Shown here piece by piece: positions 13,325 to 29,542 of a stretch of 64,000 nucleotides of DNA. The stretch is taken from assembly GCF_009914755.1 (NCBI RefSeq), contig NC_060948.1. One strand, written 5' to 3'. The notes below the pieces were generated by a model. It was not told the DNA's origin, did not search any database, and saw nothing but the letters and a program-made list of their open reading frames with translations. Every line of letters begins with the position of its first letter. The stretch's first letter is position 1. The translations under genes and the position numbers were made by a program. Source of the DNA: the human T2T-CHM13v2.0 reference genome, Homo sapiens.

Positions 13325-14865
13325 TGTGTCCAGAATTGGTGGGTTCTTGGTCTCACTGACTTTAAGAATGAAGCCGCAGACCTTCGTGGTGAGTGTTACA
13401 GCTCTTAAGGTGGCACGTCAGGAGTTTATTCCTTCTGATGTGTTCAGAGTTTCTTCTCTCTGATGGGTTCGTGGTCTCGCTGGCTCAGGAGTGAAGTTGC
13501 AGACCTTCGCCGTGAGTGTTACAGCTCTTAAGACAGCGCGTCTGGAATTGTTTGTTCCTCCTGGTGGGCTTGTGGTCTCGCTGGCTTTAGGAGTGAAGCT
13601 GCAGACTTTCGCGGTGAGTGTTACAGCTCATAAAAGCAGTGTGGACCCGAAGAGTGAGCAGTAGCAAGATTTATTGCAAAGAGTGAAAGAACAAAGCTTC
13701 CACAGTGTGGAAGGAGGACCTAAGCAGGTTGCCGCTGCTGGCTCGGGCAGCCTGCTTTTATTCTCTTATCTGGCCCCACCCACATCTTGCTGATTGGTAG
13801 AGACGAGTGGCCTGTTTTGACAGGGCGCTGATTGGTGCGTTTACAATCCCTGAGCTAGATACAAAGGTTCTCCACCTCCTCATCAGATTAGTTAGATACA
13901 GAGTTTCCACACACAGGTTCTCCAAGGCTCCACCAGAGCAGCCAGATACAGAGTGTCGATTGGTGCATTCACAAACCTTGAGCTAAACACAGGGTGCTGA
14001 CTGGTGTGTTTACAATCCCTGAGCTAGACATAAAGGTTCTCCAAGGCCCTACCAGAGCAGCTAGATACAGAGTGTCGATTGGTGCACTCACAAACCTTGA
14101 GCTAAACACAGGGTGCTGATTGGTGTGTTTACAAACCTTGAGCTAGATACAGAGTGCCGATTGGTGTATTCACAATCCCTGAGCTAGACATAAAGACTCT
14201 CCACGTCCTCACCAGACTCAGGAGCCCAGCTGGCTTCACGTAGTGGATCTCGCACCGGGGCTGCAGGTGGAGCTGCCTGCCAGTCCCGCGCCATGCGCTC
14301 GCACTCTTCAGCCCTTAGGTGGTCGAGGGGACTGGGCACCCTGGAGCAGGGGGTGGTGCTCGTCGGGGAGGCTCTGGCCACACAGGAGCCTATGGAGTGG
14401 GTGGGAGGCTCAGGCATGGCAGGCTGCAGGTCCTGAGCCCTGCCCTGCGGGAAGGCCGCTAAGGCTCCGTGAGAAATCGAGCGCGGTGCCGGTGGGCTGG
14501 CACTGCTGGGGGACCTAGTACACCTTCCGCAGCCGCTGGCCCGGGTGCTAAGTCCTTTATTGCCTGGGGCCAGCAGGGCTGGCGGGCTGCTCCGAGTGCG
14601 GGGTCACCAAGCCCACGCCTACCGGGAACTCCAGCTGGCCCGCAAGCGCGGCACGCAGCCCCGGTTCCCGCTCGCGCCTCTCCCTCCACACCTCCTTGCA
14701 AGCTGAAGGAGTAGGCTCCAGCCTTGGCCAGCCTGGAAAGGGGCTGCCACAGTACAGTAGTAGGCTGAAAGGCTCCTCAAATGCCGCCAAAGTGGGAGCC
14801 CAGACAGAGGAGGTGCCGAGAGCAAACAAAGGCTCTGAGGACTGCCAACACGCTGTCACCTCTCA
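13325..14865 (-). mobile_element. LTR12C (ERV9) solo LTR, 1541 bp
   Basis: rc start TGAGAGGTGACAGCGTG; tandem CCAAT-containing U3 repeats; tandem U5 repeats; CpG-rich; perfect 4-bp TSD ATAT at 13321-13324 and 14866-14869. Confidence 0.96.
13725..14200 (-). promoter_or_regulatory. LTR12C U3 promoter/enhancer: NF-Y (CCAAT) array with AATAAAA TATA-like box, firing toward lower coordinates
   Basis: Repeated gattggt between ~13790 and ~14165; ttttatt at ~13756; LTR12 promoter layout is established, activity of this copy is not shown. Confidence 0.7.
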
Positions 14866-15264
14866 ATATGGTTAACAGTAGGCATTCAGCTTCAATCTTC
14901 TGCATATAGCTTGTCAGGTATCCAAGCACAATTTATTGAATAGTGGGTCCTTTCACCATTGCTTATTTTTGTTGACTGTTAAAAATCAGTTGGTTGTAGG
15001 TGTGTGGCTTGACTTCTGGGCTCTTTATTCTGTTACATTGGTCTATGTATCTGTTTTTTTACTAGTGCCTTACTCTTTTGATTACTGTAACCGCATAGTA
15101 TAGTTTCAAGCTTGACGATGTAATGGCTATGGCTTTGCTCTTTCTGCTTAGGATTGCTTTGGCTATCAGGGCTCTTTTATTAGTTCCATAAGAATTGTAA
15201 AATGTGTCTTTTAATTCTATAAAAAATAATGAAGAAAATGTCAGTAGTTTGATAGCAATAGCAT

Positions 15265-15681
15265 TGTGTTAGTCTGCTCTTGTGTTGGTATAAAGAAATA
15301 CCAAAGCCTGGGTGATTTGTAAAGAAAATCAGTTTATTTTACATGACGTTTCTGCACTGTACAAGAAGTATGGTCCTGGCTTGTTTCTGGTGAGGTTTCA
15401 GGAAGCTTACAACTATAGCAGAAGGCAAAGGGGGAGCTGGTATATCACATGGAAAGAGAGGGAGAAAGGGAGAGAGGTGGAGGTGCTATTCTCTTTTAAA
15501 CAATCACATCTTGCATGAACTGATAGGATGAGAACTCCCTTGTACCTCAAAGACAGAACCAGGCCATTTATGAGGGATCCTCCTCCATGACCCAAGCACC
15601 TCCCACTAGGTTCCACCTCCAACATTGGGAATCACATTTCAACATGAGATTTGAAAAAGACAAAACATCAAAATCATATCA
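15265..15681 (-). mobile_element. MaLR solo LTR (MSTA/MSTB-like)
   Basis: TGTGTTAGTC...CATATCA termini; perfect 5-bp TSD AGCAT at 15260-15264 and 15682-15686. Confidence 0.92.
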
Positions 15682-18600
15682 AGCATTGAATCTGTACATT
15701 TATTTGGGCAGTGTGACCATTATATTGACTCTTCCAATCTGTGAGCACAGAATGTATTCTCATTTGTTTGTGTCATCTGTGATTTATTTCAGCAGTGTTT
15801 TGTAGTTCTTTTTGTAGAGATCTTTCACCTCCTAGGTTAAATATATTCCTAGGTATTTTATTTTTCTGTGACTAATGTAAATGAGATTATGCTCTTTCTT
15901 TGGCTCTTAGCTTGAACATTACTGGAACATATAAATGCTATTGATTTTTCTACATTGACTTTGTATCCTGAAACTTAACTGAAGTTGTTAATCAGTTCTG
16001 GGAGCCTTTTGGCAGAGTCTTTAGGGGTCTCTAGGTATAGAAAAGTATCATCAGTGAGGAGGGATAATTGGCTTTCTTTTTTCCAATTTGGATGCCTTAT
16101 TTTTTTTCTCTTGCCTGATTTCTCTGGCTAGGACTTCCAAAACTACCTTGAATAGGAGTGGTGAGAGTGGGCATCTGTGTTTTTTCCAGCTCTCAAGTGG
16201 AATGATTCCAGGTTTTGCCCATTCAGAATGATGTCAGCTGTTGGTTTTTCATAGATGGCTCTGATTTTTTTTAAGATATGTTCCTTCAATGCCTTGTTTG
16301 TTGAGGGTTTTTATCATGAAGGGATGTTGGATTTTATTGAAAGCTTTTATTACATATATTGAAATTATTATATGGTTTTGGTGTTTCCTTCTGTTTACGT
16401 GGTGAATTGCATTTATTGATTTGTGCATATTGACACAAGCTTGCATCCCAAGAATGAAGCCTTCTTGATCCTGGTGAATTTACTTTTTGATGTGCTGCTG
16501 GATTCAATTTACTATTATGGTGTTGAGGATTTTTGTGTCTATGTTCATCAGAAATATTGGCCTGTAGTTTTCTTTTTCCTTATTTCTTTGCCAGATTTTG
16601 GTATCAGGATGATGTTATCTTCAAAGAATGAATTAGGGAGGACTTCTTCCTCCTCTATTTTTTTGGAATAGTTTCAATAGGATTGGTAGTAACTCTTTTT
16701 TGTATATATGGTAAAATTTGGCTGTAAATCCATTTAGTCCAGGGATTTTTTTGGGCTTGTAGGATTTTTACTATTGTTTCAACATTGGAATTCAATACTG
16801 GCCTCTTCAGGGTTTCAGTTTCTTCTTGATTTAATCTAGAGATGGAATGTTCCAGGAATTTATCTATTTCCTCTAGATTTTCTAATTTGTGTACATAGAG
16901 ATGTTCATATTACTCTCCAAGAATCTTTTGCATTTCTGTGGGATCATTTGCGATATCACCTTTGTCATTTCTGAATGTGCTTATTTGGAACTTCTCTCTT
17001 TTTTTCTTTGTTAATCTAACTAACAGACTATAGATCATTTTTATCCTTTCAAAGGTCCAACTTCTGGTTTTGTTGATCCTTTGTATGAATATTTGGGTGT
17101 CAATTTCATTCAATCCTGCCCTGTTTTTAATTTTTTTTCTTCTGCTAGCCATGTGGTTAGTTTGTTCCTGTTTTTAAGTCCCTCTGGGTGCAATGTTATG
17201 TTGTTAATTTGAGATCATTCTAACTTGATGTAGGGATTAAGCCCTCTGAATTTTCCTCTTAACACTGCATTTGCTGCATCCAAGAAATTTTGGTATTTCA
17301 TGTCTCTGTTTTCACTTATTTCAAAGATTTTTTTTATTTCTGTATTAATTTTGTTGTTTACACAAAAGTAATTCAGAAGCAAGTTGTTTAGTTTCCATGT
17401 TGTGTGGTTTTCAGAGAACTTCTTGGTATTGATTTCTATTTTTACCCCAATGTGTTCCAAGAGTATAATTGGTATAATTTCATTTTTTTGAATTTACTGA
17501 GACTTACTTGCTTTATGGCAAAGAATGTTGGAAATCTTACAATATGTTCCATGTGCACATGAGAAGCATGCATATTCTGTATTTGATGGGTGAAGAATTC
17601 TGTAGATGTATATTATGTCCAATTAGTCAAGGGTCAAATTTAAGTCCAGAATTTCGTTGTTAGCTTTCTGCTTTGATCATCTGTCTAGTGTTGTCAGTGA
17701 GGAGTCCCCAATATTATTGTGTGGCTGTCTTTTTGTAGGTCTAGAAATACCTGTTTTATTAATCTGGATGCTTCAGTGTTGGGTGCTTATATGTTTAGGA
17801 TAGTTTATCTTCATGTTGAAATGAATTCATTATCATTATGTAATGTCCTTCTTTGTCCTTTTTTACTGTCGTTGGTTTAAGGTCTGTTTTATTTGATGTA
17901 ATAATGATGACTCACCCTTTTTTTGTTTTCCATTCACATGATATATCCTCCTCCAACCCTGTCTTTGAACCAGTTAGTATCATTACAAGTGAGAGGGGTG
18001 TCTTGAAGATAAAAGATGGATGGGTCTTTTTTAAAATCCAATTTGCCACTCTGAAACTTTTAATTGGGAAGTGTAGACAATTGACATTCAAAGTTAATAT
18101 TGATATGTGTGGTTTTCATCCTATCATGAAGCTGTCAGTTTGTTGCCTTGTAGTCTCCATTGTGTAGTTGTTTTATTGGGTCTGTGAGCTATGTACTTAA
18201 GTGTGTGTTTTTGATATCAGGTATCATTCTCTTCCATGTTTAGCACTCCATTATTTCTTGTAAGGCTAGTCTGCTGGTAACAAATTACCTTAGCAATTGC
18301 TTCTCAGGAAAATATTTTATTTCTTCTTTGCTTATGAAGCTTAGTTTGGCAAGGTATGAAATTCTTGGTCAGAATTTCTTTTTTTTAAGAATGCTGAGAA
18401 TAGGCTCCCATCTCTTCTGGCTTATAAAGTTTCTTCTGAGAATCTACTAGCAGCCTGATGAGGTTCCCTTTGTAAGTGATCTGATCATTTTCTCAAGGTG
18501 TCTTTAAGATTTTTTTCTTTGGGGTTAAACTTGGATAGTCTGGTGACTTATGCCTTGGTGACGTTTATTTTGGGTAGTATCTTGCATGTGTTCTCTTTAT

Positions 18601-20503
18601 TTCTTGTATCTGAATGTCTACCTCTCTAGGAAGATTAGGAAAATTTTCTTGACTTATTTCCTCAAATACGTTTTATAGGTTGTTTACTTTTTCTTCTTTC
18701 CTCTCAGGAATGCCAATAATTTATAGGTTTGGTTACTTTGCATAACCTTATATTCCTCAAAGCTTTCATTTTTATTTTTAGTTTTTATTTCTGACTGGAA
18801 ATACTTAGTTTGAAAGACTTGTCTTCAACCTCTGAAATTCTTTATTCTGCTTGGTCATATCTCTCAATAAAGCTTTCGATTGTATTTTGAAATTCCTTGA
18901 GTGAATTTTTCTATTTCAGAAGCTCTGATTACTTTTTAAGATGCTAATCTCTTTCATCATTTTCTGCATTGCTTTATTACTTTCTTTGTTTGATTTTCAA
19001 CCTTGATCTGAATCTTATTGAGCTTTCTTGAAATCCATGATTTGAATTCTTTATCATTTGTGAGTTTCCATTTTGGTTAGGGATCATTGCTACAGAACTA
19101 GTGCAATCCTTTGGTGGTGTCACAACATTTAGGTTTTTATGATGCCAGAATGATTAAGCTGATTCTTTCTCACCTGGAAATGCTGACACTTCTAATTTTT
19201 GTAATTATTTTCATATGGAAAGGATTTTTATTCCTTTCCCTACATAATTTTTCCTTTAGCCTCCCCCAAAACATGGGTGTGTCTGTATAATATGTTAAGT
19301 GTGACTGTATAATATGTTAAGTAGGCTCATTTGGCTATGCTTCCATAACCCTATGCACTTGTGTTGGCGGGCTTTATATTGGGTTGTGCAGTTCAACCTA
19401 TAGGGCCAGTAGATGGTGATTATGGGTAAGAGCCACCTGCAACATAAGCAGATCAGTAAATACCTAATCTTTGTTTACTCCGAGGTGCTCTCTATTATTT
19501 CAGGTGATGGGCTAGACAATGGGGTGCCCAGTGCCCTGAGTTTCCTGTTTTGCAGGGGTTGGGACACATATCTCGGAAGAGCTGAAGCCCCTGTCTTGCC
19601 CATGAATACCCTTATTGTATGCACAGGCACCAGCCCTGACCCGGGGGGCTGGGTGGAGCTCCTGGTGAAATGTGCTGAGGTCTCTGCAGGAGGGTGAGGG
19701 GGTTTCACTGGCTCCCCATCCTAGATAGACAGAAACATGGGCTATTTCCCTATCCCATTCCTGTTCTGAGGTTCATGACTTCTAGATCAGATGCACACTG
19801 TAGTCTATCTTTGGACCACAGTGTGATTGAAAGCCTTGGGAAAGGCTTGTTTTGTCACTCTCAAGGGAGTGGTGTTGGGGCAGAATTTTGTCACTCGGCC
19901 TAATACAGATAGCATTATGCCCCATCTGTTCTCTGATATCTTAGCTCTGGTGCTTCATGTAAGAGGGAGGGCTCCAACTTTGGGCTTTTGCAAGTGGGTG
20001 TTGGTTGTGGTGGTATCTGCGGGTTGGGTCAGCCTGACCTCAGGCCCTGGGGGAAGTGGAGAAGTGACAGCAGAGTTGGAATGGGGTAGGTACTTCCCCA
20101 GTTCCTAGGTCCCTAGATGGCACCCTTGCCACTGTTTACAAATCCTGAAGAGGCTGAACCAGGGTCAGAATTGCCCAGTGTTCAGGTGCTGGGTGTGATG
20201 GGGAAGGGTGGGCTGGTCCCCAGGTCACTGGTGAAACTCTCAGGCAGGTACAGGCATGAGGCTTGTATGGTAGGAGCCTGAGGAAGTATCACAGCTGTGT
20301 GGGGGTAGGGTTTCCAGAAGGGCTCTAGGGTGCAGCTGAAATGCTCAGGCACGGGCAGGTGAGTGCACCGTGTGCCAGAAGGCATCAGGAAGCAGTGGAA
20401 GTGAGGTGTGGGACTGGTGTAGAGCCAGGCGAAGCTCCTTAATTTGGGGAAAGGGCTGCCTGGCTTTGCTCCTTTCTTTTTTTTCCATGGGTCCTATTGC
20501 TTC

Positions 20504-20953
20504 TGTGAAAGCAAAATATCTTGGGCCTCCCAAATTACTAAGCTAAAAGGAAAATTCAAGCTAGAAACTGCGCAGGGCAAACCTGTCTCCCACTCTATTC
20601 AAAGTCATCCCTCTGCTCACTGAGATAGATGCATATTCTGATTGCCTCCTTTGGAAAGGCTTATTAGAAACTCAAAAGAATGCAACCATTTTCTCTCACC
20701 CACCTGTGACCTGGAAGCCCCTCCTTGTTTTGAGTTTGTCCTTGCCTTTCTGGGTGGAACTAATGTGCTTCTTACACATATTAGTTCATGTCTCATATAC
20801 TAAACCTAAAATCTGTAAAACCAAGCTGTGCCCTGACCACCTTGGGCACATGTCAGGACTTCCTGTGGCTGTGTCGCGGGTATGCATCCTCAACCTTGGC
20901 AAAAGAAACTTTCTAAATTAACTGAGACCTGTCTCAGATTTTCTGGGTTTACT
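20504..20953 (+). mobile_element. MER4A-type solo LTR in the L1 5'UTR
   Basis: Homologous to 229-692; perfect 4-bp TSD CTTC at 20500-20503 and 20954-20957. Confidence 0.93.
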
Positions 20954-21139
20954 CTTCCTTGGTGAATCCCAACAGGATCTCTTAGATGATCCACTTGAAG
21001 AGCAGGTATTTACTCACCACGTTGTTTCCTCTCTGTGAGAGTCACACACGCTAGCAGCTTCTAGTCAATTATCTTGAACTGGAACTGCTCTATACTTATA
21101 CGTTGTTAATAGGTATAGAAAAATTTCTATTTAAAATGT

Positions 21140-21345
21140 GCACCATGAGTTTCACTACTACCATGACAGTATGAGGAGTACTGCAAACTCACTCTACAGA
21201 AAACTGGTAAAAATTATTCTTTTTAAAAAATAAAACATTTAAGGTCTCCAGAATTAATCTTAAAGGTATACGGGAAAGGAAGAAACATTTATTTGAGAAT
21301 ATCTACTAAAACAGTAAGAACAGATAAAATCTGTGGTATTTGAGC
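21140..21345 (+). mobile_element. Probable 5' end of the ancient L1M that continues at 29543
   Basis: Resembles old L1M 5'UTR starts; lies on the other side of the MADE1/ERV insertion. Confidence 0.45.
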
Positions 21346-21347
21346 TA

Positions 21348-21427
21348 TTAGGTTGGCTCAAAAGTAACTGCGGTTTTTGCTGTTACTTTCAATGGCAAAA
21401 ACCTCAATTACTTTTGTGCCTATCTAA
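21348..21427. mobile_element. MADE1 MITE (Hsmar1 mariner derivative), 80 bp
   Basis: TTAGGTTGG...TATCTAA near-palindrome of exactly 80 bp, TA TSD at 21346-47 and 21428-29. Confidence 0.96.
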
Positions 21428-21758
21428 TACATCTGTTAAAGTATGTAGTCAGACAAGAATAGGGTAGGAAAGAGCCCCACCCTGCCCCTTACTCCTCCAC
21501 TCCCCAACCCAAGAATGTTGGGCATTTGTCAAGCCATGGTCAGGCAATTATAAATGTCCCTTTGAAATGATGAGCAGGACAAGGGAGGAACTCCAGAACT
21601 GTCTGGTTTCCATTGAGTGAAAAAGAGGTAGGCATAAAACTGTTCCTCTGAGATAATAAGTGGCCATGACTGGTGCCGGGAATGACAGGATTCTTGCAAC
21701 AGACAGAAGACACCTGGAGTTAGCAAGTCATAATTCCTGATGAAGATTCAAGCATGAG

Positions 21759-22854
21759 GGCAATACCATTCAGGATATAGGCATGGGCAAGGACTTCATG
21801 TCTAAAACACCAAAAGCAATGGCAACAAAAGCCAAAATTGACAAATGGGATCCAATTAAACTAAAGAGCTTCTGCACAGCAAAAGAAACTACCATCAGAG
21901 TGAACAGGCAACCTACAGAATGGGAGAAATTTTTTTCAATCTACTCATCTGACAAAGGGCTAATATCCAGAATCTACAAAGAACTCAAACAAATTTACAA
22001 GAAAAAAACAACCCCATCAACAAGTGGGTGAAGGATATGAACAGACACTTCTCAAAAGAAGACATTTATGCAGCCAAAAGACACATGAAAAAATGCTCAT
22101 CATCACTGATCATTAGAGAAATGCAAATCAAAACCACAATGAGATACCATCTCACACCAGTTAGAATGGCGATCATTAAAAAGTCAGGAAACAACAGGTG
22201 CTGGAGAGTATGTGGAGAAATAGGAACACTTTTACACTGTTGGTGGGACTGTAAACTGGTTCAACCATTGTGGAAGACAGTGTGGCGATTCCTCAGGGAT
22301 CTAGAACTAGAAATACCATTTGACCCACCCATCCCATTACTGGGTATATACCCAAAGGATTATAAATCATGCTGCTATAAAGACACATGCACACGTATGT
22401 TTATTGCGGCACTATTCACAATAGCAAAGACTTGGAACCAACCCAAATGTCCAACAGTGATAGACTGGATTAAGAAAATGTGGCACATATACACCATGGA
22501 ATACTATGCAGCCATAAAAAAGGATGAATTCATGTCCTTTGTAGGTACATGGATGAAGCTGGAAACCATCATTCTCAGCAAACTATCGCAAGGCCAAAAA
22601 ACCAAGCACCACATTTTCTCACTCATAGGTGGGAATTGAACAATGAGAACATATGGACACAGGAAGGGGAACATTACACACCGGGGACTGTTGTGGGGTG
22701 GGGGGAGGGGGGAGGGATAGCATTAGGAGATATACTTAATGTAAATGACGAGTTAATGGGTGCAGCACACCAACATGGCACATGTATACATATGTAACAA
22801 ACCTGCACGTTGTGCACATGTACCCTAGAACTTAAAGTATAATTAAAAAAAAAA
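21759..22854 (+). mobile_element. 5'-truncated young L1PA (L1PA4-like), ~1.1 kb
   Basis: ORF2 3' end, 3'UTR with G-rich tract, ...ccctagaacttaaagtataat plus A tail. Confidence 0.96.
21783..22639 (+). pseudogene. L1 ORF2p C-terminal fragment, one frameshift near 22010
   Basis: ORFs 21783-22031 and 22028-22639 spell canonical ORF2p including the CCHC motif [18 protein letters not shown] and terminal SLIGGN*. Confidence 0.95.
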
Positions 22855-23226
22855 GCAAGATGATGGGATTTGACCAGTACATCACCTTCCTCTGGGGACA
22901 TTGGACCAGTAAGGGAGAATTGACCCAAATGAGCATGTGTATGAGTTCCATAAACACACTGTGCATGCGGCCCCTCCCAAGTGCTGTCAGGGACACTGCA
23001 CATGCAGTAATTAAGTGACAACTCACCCAGGGGGAAGAACAGGGAAGAGACAGAGCCCAGGAAAAGATAGGGGGTATAAAAACTCTAAACAAAGAGGTGG
23101 ATGAGGCATTTGATTTTTTTTTACAAGTTTCGTGCTTGTCCCTCATGTAAGTACTCTGGTTTCTCAAGTAAACCCTCATTTTGCTTAAAATGAATTCTCC
23201 CTTCTACTTTAAACCTTGTCTGTGTC

Positions 23227-23753
23227 TGCTGAGACCAGCTCAGTCATGGAGACCCTAACCCAGCGGCACTAGAGGAATTAAAGACACACACGAATTAAAG
23301 ACACACACACAGCAATATAGAGTGTGGAGTGGGAAATCAGGGGACTCACAGCCTTCAGAGCTGACAGCCCCGAACAGAGATTTACCCACGTATTTATTGA
23401 CAGCAAGCCAGTGATAAGCATTATTTCTATAGATGATAGATTAACTAAAAGTATTGCTTACGGGAAACAAAGGGATGGGCTGAAACAAAGGGATGGGCTT
23501 TGGCTAGTTATCTGGAACAGGAACATGTCCTTAAGGCACAGATCGCTGGTGCTATTGTTTGTGGTTTAAGAATGCCTTTAAGCGGTTTTCTGCCCTGGGT
23601 GGGCCAGGTGTTCCTTGCCATCATTCCGGTAAACCCACAACCTTCAGCGTGGGCATCGTGGCCATCACAAACATGTCACAGTGCTGCAGAGATTTTGTTT
23701 GTGGCCAGTTTTGGGGCCAGTTTATGGCCAGATTTGGGAGCCTATCTCCAGCA
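23227..23753 (-). mobile_element. MER9 (HERV-K HML-3) solo LTR
   Basis: rc start ...CCCAAATCTGGCCATAAACTGGCCCCAAAACTGGCC; 6-bp TSD tgtgtc/tgtgtg, the length typical of betaretrovirus-like ERVs. Confidence 0.9.
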
Positions 23754-23829
23754 TGTGTGTTTCCTTTGAATTCTTTCCTTGGAAAAGAAAAAGGACAGAG
23801 ATAGCTGCACACTCACCTGCGGGTAACAT

Positions 23830-28774
<4,945 letters not shown>

Positions 28775-29542
28775 TGTAAGAGTAAGTAGTTAGGCATGAG
28801 CAGGACAGGACAGAAGCTCCCCACGTGAATGTTAGGCCTTTGTCAAGCCGTGGTCAGGCAATTATAAATCTGTCCCTCTGAAATGATGAGCAGGACAAGC
28901 GAGGAACCCCAGAGCTGTCTGGTTCTCATCAGCTTATTATGAGTTGTCTGACTCATAATAAGTAGCCATGACTGGCACTGGGAATGAGAGGAGTCTTGCA
29001 ACAGATGGAGAACAACTGGAAATAGCTAGCCATAATTCCTGATAATGTTTCAAGCATGTGCAGTAAAAGAGAAAGGTGGTAGAATTTTATTACTACCTGA
29101 CTCTCCTCTTGGGGCACTTAACCAGTAAGGAACAATTGTCCCTAATGAGCATGTACATGACTTCAGTAAGCACACCGTGCATATGGCCCCTCCCAAGTGC
29201 TGGCAGGCCATTGTCATGTGACAATTAAGCAACAGACCACCCAAAGAAAGAACACAGGGAGCAGACAGAGCATGGGAAAAGATAGGGGGTATAAAAACTC
29301 TAAACAAAGAAGCAAACAAGGTACTTGATTTTTTAAGTCAACCGCTTGTCCCTCATCTAAGTGCACTCTGCTTTCTCTAATAAACTCTTACTTTGCTTGA
29401 AGTAAATTATCCCTCCTGATTGAAACTTTGCCTGTGTCTCTCATCTGAATTATTTTCTTCAAGAAGAAAATGGACTGGGATTGCTGCAGAGTTGCCAATC
29501 CAGAGCTCCTCCAGATAGCTGCAGACCCACCTGCTAGTAACA
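28775..29542 (+). mobile_element. 3' LTR of the same provirus (uninterrupted, ~770 bp)
   Basis: TGTAAGAG...GTAACA; TATA at 29290, AATAAA at ~29379; direct repeat of the 5' LTR. Confidence 0.9.

Larger units (their letters stand above)
13009..21088 (-). mobile_element. Old primate L1 (L1PB/L1P4-like): 5'UTR, ORF1 and most of ORF2, 3' end missing; interrupted by LTR12C, MST and MER4A
   Basis: ORF2 peptide remnants in minus ORFs 16249-16446, 16910-17152, 17215-17460; ORF1-like region ~18.2-19.2 kb; 5' start motif (rc caagataattgactagaagctgctagc) near 21050-21085. Confidence 0.9.
21434..23829 (+). mobile_element. 5' LTR of an ERV1 provirus (MER50/MER83-group), split by L1PA4 and MER9
   Basis: Segments 21434-21758, 22855-23226 and 23754-23829 are colinear with the 3' LTR; TG start, ...GTAACA end; TATA at 23075. 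Confidence 0.88.

Noticed and set aside
13365-14200. Regularly spaced direct repeats as a CRISPR-like array
   Set aside because: They are the U5 and U3 tandem repeats of LTR12C; no unique spacers, no cas genes, primate DNA
14184-14859. Overlapping GC-rich ORFs and CpG island as a gene start
   Set aside because: Entirely inside LTR12C U3; stop-poor because of GC content
22028-22639. 203-aa ORF as a functional gene
   Set aside because: C-terminal piece of L1 ORF2 in a 5'-truncated young copy; openness reflects age
22695-22717. G-quadruplex motif
   Set aside because: Standard L1PA 3'UTR G-tract, not specific to this locus
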